Positions 39,001-46,918 of a stretch of 64,000 nucleotides of DNA are shown in pieces (position 1 is the stretch's first letter; every line of letters begins with the position of its first letter). Where the stretch lies: positions 76,898 to 140,897 of the forward strand of contig CAMCEE010000003.1 of assembly GCA_945873815.1 (NCBI GenBank), in the 5' to 3' direction. The notes under the pieces were generated by a model that was given only the letters and a program-made list of their open reading frames with translations, was not told the origin of the DNA and searched no databases. Position numbers and translations under genes: made by a program. The stretch comes from an uncultured Bacillales bacterium (lineage in GTDB: Bacteria; Bacillota_I; Bacilli_A; RFN20; CAG-449).

Positions 39001-40387
39001 TGGAGATTCAGCGCTTCAAACAGTAACATTATCATCATTGGAAACATTAGGAACATCAGTATTCATTTCATGTAAAGCATTAAATAACGTTACATTACCA
39101 AATACTCTTACTACTCTTCCTAATGGAACATTCTATGATTGTGATTCATTGGATATTATTAACATGGATCACGTTAATGTAATCGGTGCAAAAGCATTCT
39201 ATGATTGCAATAAATTAACAGCAATCACATTGTCAAATGTTGAAGAAATCAAAGAAGGCGCATTCCAAAATTCTGCCTTATTATCAATCTCATTACCAAA
39301 ATGTAAAGTAATTGATATATTCGCATTCTCAGGAACATCAATCTCATCAATTGATATGCCAAAGGTAGAATCAATAGAAAGTTATGCATTTACTTCAACA
39401 AAATTAACTACAGTTGAACTACCAAATACTCTCAAAAAGATTAATGCTTGTGCATTTTATATGAACAAGAATTTAATTTCTTTCACAAATGGTGGAAAAG
39501 ATACTGTTAAAGCAAACGGATGGGCATTAGATAAAGGTGTATTATATACAGAAAATCTTGATAAAACATACACTCTTGAATGCTATCCAATTATGAAAGC
39601 AGATAAAGAATATAGAATTATCGATAACACAACAAGAGTTCAAGAATACGCATTCACATACAATGAATTACTTGAGAAAGTAACATTCCCTACTTCCTTA
39701 AAAACAATTGGTGATTCCGCATTCTATTCATGCTCCAAATTGGCAACGTATGAATTCTTAGGCAAACAAGCTCCAACATTAGAGGGTTACTATAATTCAA
39801 ACCTCGTTAATTACATCAAACAATTAAAAGAGGATAATTTACCTCCAGTACTAAAAGATATGTATAGTAATTCATATTGGACAGTATATTATTATTACAA
39901 TAACTTCTACGATTATGTAGGTTTAAATGAGGACATCGAATTAACAATCATTTATGATAACGATGCAAAAGGATATGATACATTTATCTATGACAAATTC
40001 TTTGCAAAGAAACAAATTAACAAAGTAGTATTTGCAGAATTTACAGTTACATTTGATACAGATGGTGGATCAAACATTTCTCCATTAAAAGTCACAGAAG
40101 ATACATGTGCAACTGCTCCATCAAATCCTACAAAAGAAGGTTATAATTTCGTTAAATGGGTTGATTCAGAAGGAAACGACTTCTCATTCTCTACTCCAAT
40201 CACTGGAGATATTACATTAAAGGCAATTTGGGAAGTTATTCCATCTATAGATCCAGAACCAGAACCAGAGCCAGAAAAGAAAGGATGCAAAGGATCAATT
40301 ATTGCAATTTCTTCATTAACTGCAAGCTTAGGATTATTAGGTACTGGTTTAATAATCTACAAAAAGAAAAAAGAAAGTGAAAGATAG
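33089..40387 (+). CDS. Giant (2432 aa) cell-surface protein combining an S8 subtilisin-like protease with a PA domain, BspA-type leucine-rich repeats and a Listeria-Bacteroides repeat, with a C-terminal TM anchor
   Basis: The N-terminus has a lipobox (LSSC). The S8 catalytic triad motifs are present (VAVLDSGLD; HGTHVSGII; GTSMSAPNTSG), and a PA-domain insert is present (VIERGVLTFEAKIASALTSGATAVLIYNN). More than 25 LRR_5/BspA-like repeats follow (xLxSVxLxxSVxxIGxxAFxxCxSL). A C-terminal InlB-B/List_Bact repeat (TVTFDTDGGSNISPLKVTE...EGYNFVKWVDSEGNDF) is followed by a PEPEPEPE linker, a TM helix and a KKKK tail. Confidence 0.85.
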   Translation: MKKITKFCVISTIGMLFISTLSSCSTKNNLDVNEKIEDKLDFGKLVGDYYLDVSKNFNKTILTTNSNDKYSQEISIIVEMEGDTQADQFLAKKSKHKKIGEFAKSSTGISLNNRMVTAQADLAKSLLKANYISSIKGNYTVLMNGFAATTTYSNVEKIRNFPGVKEVMISQTYDMPRVQSNTNATNNNSGCDDENGLYKNDTKYQGEGMFVAVLDSGLDYNHPAFKGSVSSPRVSKNDIKDLLNSEEMSCESVNEKGTLSVDDVYISNKVPFAYDYADKDSDVLPAESDHGTHVSGIIVGEEDNVFSGVTPEAQLAFMKVFPDEEEKAPSDVIILALEDSALLGVDVINESLGSVGGFSYEYGVSDENERIEEKINAIYEKLTKLGISLVVSAGNDYYQSYTAVDGTNRIESPESNTIGSPGSYTTSFTVASVESEKTPYLLADGNTPITFTEASDNKSNEKNFIEDIFAIWNRRNPDNQKDIETDELELDYVVVPGLGTDDDFKKVNVRDKIAVIERGVLTFEAKIASALTSGATAVLIYNNTSGVIRMTCGDSVKLPAASITNKLGLKLKEKGTGKLKISKYLKAGPFMSDFSSVGPNPDLTLKPEITSCGGDVLSAVIGGRYEEFSGTSMSAPNTSGIVIALRQYIQENWVRLTNKPIEQMNNVDITKLSQQLLMSTANQCHNEDDNPYSPRKQGAGMASLQNAINATTYLHVGDSDKVKLELGDDKTKTGVYELKFNIKNIGDTPSTYDIKTTTMSESITFGDKGINTISNDAYILNPNVSIKSSSNVTVNGTKVTVPAGEDGEITVTINLSNEDRTHLDQFPNGMYIDGFVNLYSQDANGIDLSIPFLAFYGDWLKAPIWDLTYYDIQCPELYDEDIKEVDRIHPALNAVTPYGHYGDFYMIPLGGYVYSIDNSKYEQILATEDKAAISLYEEAIHSFYMVNGGLLRAPKKLTFTISDAISGEVYMEDIKYNVRKDTFYQGSGSVLGYSEDQTFSALKNSIANNTKLLVTLDAELDYEGGDNLEHGKIQFSFYVDYEAPTLENVEYFKELNPKTGKYNYYVEVDLSDNRYVMSYSPCIIEENKSPNATNPYKLSSLAPNTPVYQNEAGETTHVRIEITKYIDSIINSATPDQFYLYVDDYAMNSSLYYIPLNGSDYKDLSVTQDEIIISENEVISVNDYVNLESAMLEGFTWTTNSKSVAVKNGEIVGLSRGTATLYGSSPTFKTTLKLKVKVLGPNDQGYKKFDKAVPESIEINSYEVVYMFNDDSQPSSIGEIGTTHYDFSKTIKLYPGEQIKLNTIISPWYADLEDYSIEWKYGSPVDIDDATNILTASITGTDAVYVYVCKDGKRTRIKDSFKVEVQDSYIYSGSFFQNYKGAEEIVALSESMNLKYIGEYAFSLCQYYLDSEEEIARKPYGNEFIKSIILPKDIETIYGYAFAKLSNLVSINIPSETKELYQGAFYDDKNLETVTIPDDSHLGKILYDAFRNCTSLREINLKNVVSIGSYAFSGCTSLTSVDLSNSRYYGYHIFDGCTSLKNVILSKNTAIGDYMFANTGLETLVLDQPYIGKGAFQNCKSLTSVTFTNPNVIISKDAFKGCKSLTSVKFADNSNVTINEGAFSNTGIENITLPNGTITLGDKIFSSSSLTTINLSSSTVINVVNGAPLIGANRLVGIKLNNDSEIYSVKDGVLYSKDGTVLVLAPITKIISSFDGIKEIAPGALGGNTTTEIVLPSTFEKLGAYALKESLVSSIDFSSSNAELCEYSFANTPNLKTISNYVFNDLSSNIFNSSSIEEISFAEGAVIDSYALSNISSLRKITIKSNTIIKDHAFYKSFISSGAIVDLEGSTNVTIGDYAFAESNVKTIDLSNVKSIGKGAFQGAKLLETINISNAESIGSHAFYGCENVNSITFSNTLTSIPAYAFYGISKVKTVNIPNVKIINEFAFAKMTSLETIDLSNVNSIKDQAFDGDSALQTVTLSSLETLGTSVFISCKALNNVTLPNTLTTLPNGTFYDCDSLDIINMDHVNVIGAKAFYDCNKLTAITLSNVEEIKEGAFQNSALLSISLPKCKVIDIFAFSGTSISSIDMPKVESIESYAFTSTKLTTVELPNTLKKINACAFYMNKNLISFTNGGKDTVKANGWALDKGVLYTENLDKTYTLECYPIMKADKEYRIIDNTTRVQEYAFTYNELLEKVTFPTSLKTIGDSAFYSCSKLATYEFLGKQAPTLEGYYNSNLVNYIKQLKEDNLPPVLKDMYSNSYWTVYYYYNNFYDYVGLNEDIELTIIYDNDAKGYDTFIYDKFFAKKQINKVVFAEFTVTFDTDGGSNISPLKVTEDTCATAPSNPTKEGYNFVKWVDSEGNDFSFSTPITGDITLKAIWEVIPSIDPEPEPEPEKKGCKGSIIAISSLTASLGLLGTGLIIYKKKKESER

Positions 40388-40405
40388 AAAGGAGAAACAA
40401 AACAT

Positions 40406-41824
40406 ATGAAAAACAAGAAATTATTATTAGTTAGTTTATTATCATTATCAATGATTTGTGTTAGTTGTACTCCATCTTCTAGTTCATCATCCAGTAGTGA
40501 AGCAAAATCAGAATCATCAACTACTACTTCTTCTACTACTAGTAGCGAAAGCACTAGTAGTGAAGAAAAATACACTTCAATTTCTGATGTAAGCAAATTA
40601 TTTAAAACATACAATTCAAAAAGTGAATTCAATTTTTCATTAACTTATACTGTATCAACAGTTACAAATCGTCAACACGTTGGAACATTAGTAACCGATT
40701 ATCAATATCAAGATAATAAGATTCAAATCACATATGAAAAAGATGATGAATTCTACACAGATTACTTTCATGAAGATGAAGCCACTAACACTTATGAGTA
40801 CTATATCGACATGGGAGGTCAAAAGGAATACCAATTAATCGATGGAGAAAATGAATACTATTTCCAATTTTCTTCTGCTATTGATAAATTAGATCTAAGC
40901 AATATTGATTGGGCAGATACATTCTTAGTAAATGAAGAAAAAAAGACTCTAAATCCTATTGATAGTGCTTGTTTAACAGAAGTTGCAAAACACATCTTTG
41001 GTGATAGAGCAAATGAATATTGGGAGAAATTAGTCATTAATTATGATGGAGGTTTCATTTCAGAAATAAATGCAATTTCCATTTATAGAGAGTCCGTATA
41101 TTATTATTCAATCGTATTCGCAGATCAAGACTGGGTAAACATCGAATTACCAACTACAACACAAGATTACGTTGGTAACCAACCATACTACAAGAATGAA
41201 GAATACACTGGAGTTGCATTAACTGAAGAACAAGCTTCTGCAATCGAATTCCTAGAAAATAGTCACGATGCAAGCTATTCTGTTTCATGCTTATGGGAAC
41301 AAGTAATACTTGGTTCAATGACAGGCGCAACAGTTCATACTTCATCGAAATATGCTGATGGCAATGCAGAATATAGATATACAAATGCAAAGACAAACAT
41401 CACATATACTGACTATTTAATTGATTCAGGTAATGGACAATTTACATACTATCAAGATAATGCAGATGGTACACATACCCCTAATTTATCTGGAACTGAA
41501 GAATACAATAACGCAGTTGCAAACTTTGCTCTTGATCAATTAAATCTAGCTTCCTTAGATGCAAGTGATTTCATCTATAATGCAGAAAAAGGCTATATAA
41601 TGCCTAAAGATAAAGCGACAGAACAAAAATTAGTTGGTTCAATATTTGGTTTTAGTGATTATTATTACGGATTACATATCTATTTAGAAAACAATGTAAT
41701 CTCAAAACTTGAAACATCATTATATATCGAATCAGGAACAAGTATTGCTTCATACAAGAAGACGTACACTCTTACATCAATTGGCACAACAACAATCAAT
41801 TATCCAAATGATATCATTATCTAA
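40406..41824 (+). CDS. Lipoprotein of unknown function with a Ser/Thr-rich linker
   Basis: The lipobox is VSC, followed by an S8/T-rich low-complexity segment. An AGGAGA RBS precedes it. Confidence 0.6.
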   Translation: MKNKKLLLVSLLSLSMICVSCTPSSSSSSSSEAKSESSTTTSSTTSSESTSSEEKYTSISDVSKLFKTYNSKSEFNFSLTYTVSTVTNRQHVGTLVTDYQYQDNKIQITYEKDDEFYTDYFHEDEATNTYEYYIDMGGQKEYQLIDGENEYYFQFSSAIDKLDLSNIDWADTFLVNEEKKTLNPIDSACLTEVAKHIFGDRANEYWEKLVINYDGGFISEINAISIYRESVYYYSIVFADQDWVNIELPTTTQDYVGNQPYYKNEEYTGVALTEEQASAIEFLENSHDASYSVSCLWEQVILGSMTGATVHTSSKYADGNAEYRYTNAKTNITYTDYLIDSGNGQFTYYQDNADGTHTPNLSGTEEYNNAVANFALDQLNLASLDASDFIYNAEKGYIMPKDKATEQKLVGSIFGFSDYYYGLHIYLENNVISKLETSLYIESGTSIASYKKTYTLTSIGTTTINYPNDIII

Positions 41825-43202
41825 AAAGCAAAAAGTGTTACTCCCTCTTATTCTTCTAACATTTGTTAGTTGTGGAGGAGGTAACACTTCTTCTCTATTA
41901 AGTAGTAGTTCGAGTGAAGATTTGCCAATTTCATCTTCAGATATCTCTAGTGAAACTCAACCACTATCTTATAGATTAGATATTACTAAAACACTAAAGT
42001 CGCGTTCAAAAAAATCTTGCCCTTCCTTAGGAAAAGTTAAGGCGTTAGTAGTACCTGTTCACTTTGCAAATGATACTACGACAATGAATACAGATTTAAT
42101 AAAAGGTGCATTTGATACCCCATCAGATTCAGATTATGTTCCAGAGTGGAGAGATGTAAAATCATTTTATAAAGAATCAAGTTATAACAAATTGAATTTC
42201 GAATTCGTTTTCCTAGATACATATATTTCAGAAAAGCCTTCGACATATTATGAATCAAAAGCAAACTTTAATGGTGATTCATATAATACAAACGCTTCTA
42301 GAGCCCTATATAAAGAGATTTTAAATCATTTTGATTCAACATACGATTACAATGATTTCGATGCTGATAAAGACGGAATTATCGATTGCATCTATATGAT
42401 TTATGACCATCCTGTTGATTACACATACAAAAATATGTTTTGGTGGGCATATACATCCTGGTACGTCGATGATGATAAATTCGACAATGTTGGATTAGGA
42501 AATTATATTTGGTGTGGATTAGATTTCTTCACTAAAGACGGACTAAAAAATAATACTCAAACCATCATTCATGAAACCGCACACTTATTTGGAGTTGATG
42601 ATTATTATGACTACGATACATCAAAAGGTGCAACAAAAGGCGGTCTAGGTGGAGCAGATTTAATGGATAACGATAATGGTTCTCCATGTGGAGATCATAA
42701 CGCTTACACAAAATCCATTCTTGGATGGACTAGTCCAACTGTAATTGATTTAAATGATAACAATAAAGAACTAATTCAAGAACTAAAATCTTTTCAAGCA
42801 ACAGGTGATACGATCATTCTTGCAAACGAATTTAATAAAGAGAAGGAGATGTATCAAGAATACTTTATGTTAGAATATTATACTCCTACTCACCTTTCAG
42901 AAAGAGATAAACCATTTACCATTCCCGGAGTAAGGGTACTTCATGTATGTAGTCAATTAGATTCAAAAGGATCAATAAAATTCAATAATACTTCAAGTCA
43001 ATTTAAATTAATCTCCCAAATTAATACTAAAAATGGAGAGACTTACATTAATAGTAATACAAATAGAAGTGATTCAACATTATTTACTATTGGAGAATCC
43101 TTAGAGTATGTTGAATATATTAATGAAACTCCCTTAAAGTATAAATTCAAAGTTATTGATGGAGATTCATCAAAATGTACAATTAAAATAACATTAAAAT
43201 AA
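41808..43202 (+). CDS. Putative zinc metallopeptidase lipoprotein (HExxH)
   Basis: The lipobox is FVSC, at the MISLSKK start that overlaps the previous gene by 17 nt. It has a HETAHLFGVDDYYDYD zinc-binding motif reminiscent of M6/InhA-like metallopeptidases. Confidence 0.5.
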   Translation: MISLSKKQKVLLPLILLTFVSCGGGNTSSLLSSSSSEDLPISSSDISSETQPLSYRLDITKTLKSRSKKSCPSLGKVKALVVPVHFANDTTTMNTDLIKGAFDTPSDSDYVPEWRDVKSFYKESSYNKLNFEFVFLDTYISEKPSTYYESKANFNGDSYNTNASRALYKEILNHFDSTYDYNDFDADKDGIIDCIYMIYDHPVDYTYKNMFWWAYTSWYVDDDKFDNVGLGNYIWCGLDFFTKDGLKNNTQTIIHETAHLFGVDDYYDYDTSKGATKGGLGGADLMDNDNGSPCGDHNAYTKSILGWTSPTVIDLNDNNKELIQELKSFQATGDTIILANEFNKEKEMYQEYFMLEYYTPTHLSERDKPFTIPGVRVLHVCSQLDSKGSIKFNNTSSQFKLISQINTKNGETYINSNTNRSDSTLFTIGESLEYVEYINETPLKYKFKVIDGDSSKCTIKITLK

Positions 43203-43213
43203 CAATAACTGAC

Positions 43214-43245
43214 ACTCATTTTGGAAACAAAATGAGTTTTTATTT
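43214..43245 (+). terminator. Rho-independent terminator
   Basis: A 10-bp stem ACTCATTTTG/CAAAATGAGT with a GAAA loop is followed by TTTTTATTT. Confidence 0.7.
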
Positions 43246-43253
43246 CAAAAAAA

Positions 43254-43293
43254 ACTAGTCACATATAGGATTATCCTATTATGACTAGTTTTC
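43254..43293. terminator. Second, bidirectional hairpin with a nested palindrome
   Basis: The stem ACTAGTCA/TGACTAGT encloses the palindrome ATAGGATTATCCTAT. It is flanked by A8 upstream and TTTT downstream and serves the convergent 899-aa gene. Confidence 0.5.
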
Positions 43294-43325
43294 GGATTAT
43301 TGATTAATCAATTTGTTAGATATGA

Positions 43326-46025
43326 TTATGCTCTTTTTGCAAAATCATCGAATAGATATTCTCCAAATCCATCGCCGTCTTCGATGTAATCACCAAGAAG
43401 GACAAATACACTTTTTGACATTTCATTTTCACTATCTACAGAATATAATGAGATACCACAATAGACACCAATATATCCAGTATCTACATTAATATCGAAA
43501 GTAATTGATGTAGATGTACCAAATTTACTACCATTCTTTGTCGTAGAAGCTTTTGATGCTTTAATAGTTTGAGTATCTGGATTAAATGCATATTCAAATG
43601 AAACAACGTATGTATCAGTTCCATCAACTACGGTAATAGAACCAGTTCCACTATTTTTAGTAGTTCCTTCAGTAAATTTAATTGATGCATTAAATCCAGC
43701 TGCTGCAGCACTTCCATTTGGATCATTTAAATCCCAATCTCCCTCAACTGATTCAATATTATTGAGTGCTGGAAGAATTGTAACAGATAATTTACTTGGT
43801 CCGTAATTATCTGCATAATGAGCATTTACAGTAAGAGTAATTGATGTATTTGAAGTAATACCTAAAGCTCCAGTTGCGTCTAAATATAAATATCCATCTT
43901 CAATTTTATATTCTGCTTTTAAGAAATCTGGATTTGATGAGACAATCTCAACATCTGGGTATTGATCATATGAATTATTAACTAAAGTTGCAGTAATCTT
44001 TACCTTGTCTTTTCCACCAGCGTAGATTTTACCACTAGAAGAATTCCAGTTTTCATTAGCATATTCATTTACTGAATAGACCCAAACCGTCTTAATGTTA
44101 TTAACTTGATCTGGGCTTGTTGCTTCAAAAGTACCTTTAACACCAGTGTTTTTAGTATGGTTTCCGATTGTTAATGTTGTTGTTCCACCTTGATTGCCTT
44201 CCCATTCAAATGGATATTGTACTGGATCATTTTTTCTGTTATTAACAACAGATTTATTAGATGAATCAACAATACCATATTGCCATACATCTAATGCAGT
44301 TGCAGGAGCAAATGTACAAGAAACATACTTCTTGCCAGATGCAGCATAATTAGATGCTTCAACAAACATTTCAAGAGTATCCATTCTGTTAATCTCAGAA
44401 TCTTCGCCTTTAGAATCAACAATCTTTAAATCAGTAATTGATGAAACGAAATATTTTGAAATATCGATATTTGGTTTTGTAGTTTTTGCTTCACCATATG
44501 TATATTTACAATACATATCTTTTTCTGAAACTGGATCATCAATTCCACCTGTTTTAAATTGATTTCTTTCAAAATCATATTGTTTATCACTATATTCTTT
44601 ATGATTATATGTTACTTCTAATAATGCACCAGCACCAGTGAAGACTAAATCAACTTCATATTCTACATGATACGATGCACTAACACCACTTGATGCTCCA
44701 TTTCTCTTTACGCTAACCCATGATCTTACCGAAGTATTAAATGAGCCATCTGCATTTGGAATTGATACTACCTTAATATCATATGTATAGATATCATCGG
44801 AAATATCATTCTTAAATCCTGTTCTATATGAATGCATAATATCAAAATCAATTGATTCCATATTATGTGAATATTTAACTGCATCTTTTACTGCATCTCT
44901 ATTTGTATATTGGTATTTTCTATAACCAGGAGTGATAGTAGAAACAACATCATATCTACCAGCATATTTCGTTGTATCACTTTTTTCTGTCGTTGTAGTA
45001 TCTGTTCCAGTGTGATTTTCAATATATGAATCGACAACTGTATATACATTATTGTCGATTGACTTATAAACGATACCTTTTTCTTTTCTACCATTATAAT
45101 CTTGAACTGTAGCTAAGGAAGAATTATCTGCATATAATTCCCAAACATATTTATCGTTTCTTGTTGATGATTCATATTCAACTTTTGTAACTCCATCAGG
45201 ATATACGCAAGTTTCAGAACCAACAGATCCATCAAATAATGTCTCTAATGCTTCTGGAGATTGTGGTAAATCTACCTTTGTTCTCTTTACAAAGCATGGT
45301 TGAATTTTATCAGTAGGATCATAATAGAAGTCGTATGTTGCTCCTCCAGAAACAACAAATCCATCAACTCCTGCAGCAGGTAATAAAATATCTGCGAATG
45401 TTTTTTCATTATTGATTGCAATAACACTGAGTTCTTCACCATTAATCGAATAAATAACATTTGTGTTCTTTGAACATTTTACGTTCCTTGCAACCCATAA
45501 TCCTGTCTCATTATCTTTAATCAATGGTTCAGAAATGTCACCTGTTAACATCATTCCACTAGCATTGACGTAGAATACACTAACAACGATATAAGCACCT
45601 CTATTAGGCATGACGAATGAAGTACCATCAATTACTTCATTATTTACGGTTATTTTATCTAATTCATAACCATTCTCAATTTTGATATCTAATTCAACTA
45701 CTTCTCCAAATGCAGCCATATCGACGCTTGGTGTGATTGTAGCATGAGCATTCTCTTCACAGAATATAACATTCTTTTTTGCCACAGATGAACTACTTGA
45801 GATTGAAGAAGAATTGTTAGATTGACTTGTTTGACTATTTGTTTCACTACTTGTTGTATTATTACTTGATTCACTATTACTCAAAGTAGATGATGAAGTT
45901 TCAATAGAAGACACATTATCGCTAGTTGTTGTTTGAGAAGAACTTGATGATGTTCCACCACAAGCTGATAATACTATCGCAGAAACAGCTAGAACAGATA
46001 GTCCTAATAATTTAGTTTTCTTCAT
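43326..46025 (-). CDS. Large (899 aa) lipoprotein of unknown function with a long Ser/Thr/Asn-rich linker
   Basis: The lipobox is LSAC, followed by an ~80-aa low-complexity region of S, T and N residues and then a large globular region. Confidence 0.6.
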   Translation of the reverse strand: MKKTKLLGLSVLAVSAIVLSACGGTSSSSSQTTTSDNVSSIETSSSTLSNSESSNNTTSSETNSQTSQSNNSSSISSSSSVAKKNVIFCEENAHATITPSVDMAAFGEVVELDIKIENGYELDKITVNNEVIDGTSFVMPNRGAYIVVSVFYVNASGMMLTGDISEPLIKDNETGLWVARNVKCSKNTNVIYSINGEELSVIAINNEKTFADILLPAAGVDGFVVSGGATYDFYYDPTDKIQPCFVKRTKVDLPQSPEALETLFDGSVGSETCVYPDGVTKVEYESSTRNDKYVWELYADNSSLATVQDYNGRKEKGIVYKSIDNNVYTVVDSYIENHTGTDTTTTEKSDTTKYAGRYDVVSTITPGYRKYQYTNRDAVKDAVKYSHNMESIDFDIMHSYRTGFKNDISDDIYTYDIKVVSIPNADGSFNTSVRSWVSVKRNGASSGVSASYHVEYEVDLVFTGAGALLEVTYNHKEYSDKQYDFERNQFKTGGIDDPVSEKDMYCKYTYGEAKTTKPNIDISKYFVSSITDLKIVDSKGEDSEINRMDTLEMFVEASNYAASGKKYVSCTFAPATALDVWQYGIVDSSNKSVVNNRKNDPVQYPFEWEGNQGGTTTLTIGNHTKNTGVKGTFEATSPDQVNNIKTVWVYSVNEYANENWNSSSGKIYAGGKDKVKITATLVNNSYDQYPDVEIVSSNPDFLKAEYKIEDGYLYLDATGALGITSNTSITLTVNAHYADNYGPSKLSVTILPALNNIESVEGDWDLNDPNGSAAAAGFNASIKFTEGTTKNSGTGSITVVDGTDTYVVSFEYAFNPDTQTIKASKASTTKNGSKFGTSTSITFDINVDTGYIGVYCGISLYSVDSENEMSKSVFVLLGDYIEDGDGFGEYLFDDFAKRA

Positions 46026-46049
46026 AATATATACTCTCCTTTCTTTTTC

Positions 46050-46910
46050 CTACTTTATTGCAGTATTTGGTTGTAAGATGGCTGCTAAGCCTGCTGAGAA
46101 GAATAAATACATATAATCGCCAGCTTTTGAAACATTAAATTGGGTTAGTTTTGCCTCACTTTCCTTTGAGTTGTCATCAGTAAATACATATCTATATTCA
46201 TCAATTGTTTCTTCTAAAAATTTGAATTTACCTGTATAACTTTCAAACGGAACATTTTGTAATGATCCTTCAACGCCTACCTCGTTATCAAAGAAGAATG
46301 TTAATCTATATGTATCACCAAATCCTGCGGTTGATTGCCAGTATTCAACCTCAGATAGATAATCTTCCATTCTCTCTTTCGTCATTGGATCGCGAACAGA
46401 AACGATTTGTGAATATCTGTCTAATCCATTTTCATCATAGATTGTTATTACAGTATTACCTTCATGTAATGCTATCACTTTATAACTAGTTTCAGATATT
46501 TTTTCAAGTTTCATAACCTCTTCATTACTTGAATATGCGGTGGAAGTTGCTGAGAAAATATCAACAAATGAGAAACTGAATGTATCTTCTACTCCTGTGA
46601 TAATTATTTTATCAACTGCATAATCGATAAGCGCTCCAGAATAACTAATACCGAATGTGAAATTTTCTGTTCCTTCAGGGATTTGATAGTATTTATCTTC
46701 ATATTTATTACCACCAACGCTTGAAATAGAAGAACTAGAAGAATCTTCACTTGATGTATTAATGCTTGAACTAGAAGAACTAGTTGATGTATCTAAACTA
46801 GAAACACTTGATTCTGAAGAAGAACTAGAACTAATCGATGAGGAATTTGCTCCACATCCTGTTACAATAAGAGTACATAATAAGGCTGATAATATAATTT
46901 TATTTTTCAT
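46050..46910 (-). CDS. Lipoprotein of unknown function with a Ser-rich linker
   Basis: The lipobox is VTGC, followed by a poly-Ser stretch. Confidence 0.6.
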   Translation of the reverse strand: MKNKIILSALLCTLIVTGCGANSSSISSSSSSESSVSSLDTSTSSSSSSINTSSEDSSSSSISSVGGNKYEDKYYQIPEGTENFTFGISYSGALIDYAVDKIIITGVEDTFSFSFVDIFSATSTAYSSNEEVMKLEKISETSYKVIALHEGNTVITIYDENGLDRYSQIVSVRDPMTKERMEDYLSEVEYWQSTAGFGDTYRLTFFFDNEVGVEGSLQNVPFESYTGKFKFLEETIDEYRYVFTDDNSKESEAKLTQFNVSKAGDYMYLFFSAGLAAILQPNTAIK

Positions 46911-46918
46911 GTTCCCTC

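Noticed and set aside
40357-40632. A 91-aa minus-strand ORF spanning the end of the giant gene and the start of the next lipoprotein gene
   Set aside because: It is antisense to two well-supported genes and their Ser-rich low-complexity coding DNA. There is no RBS.
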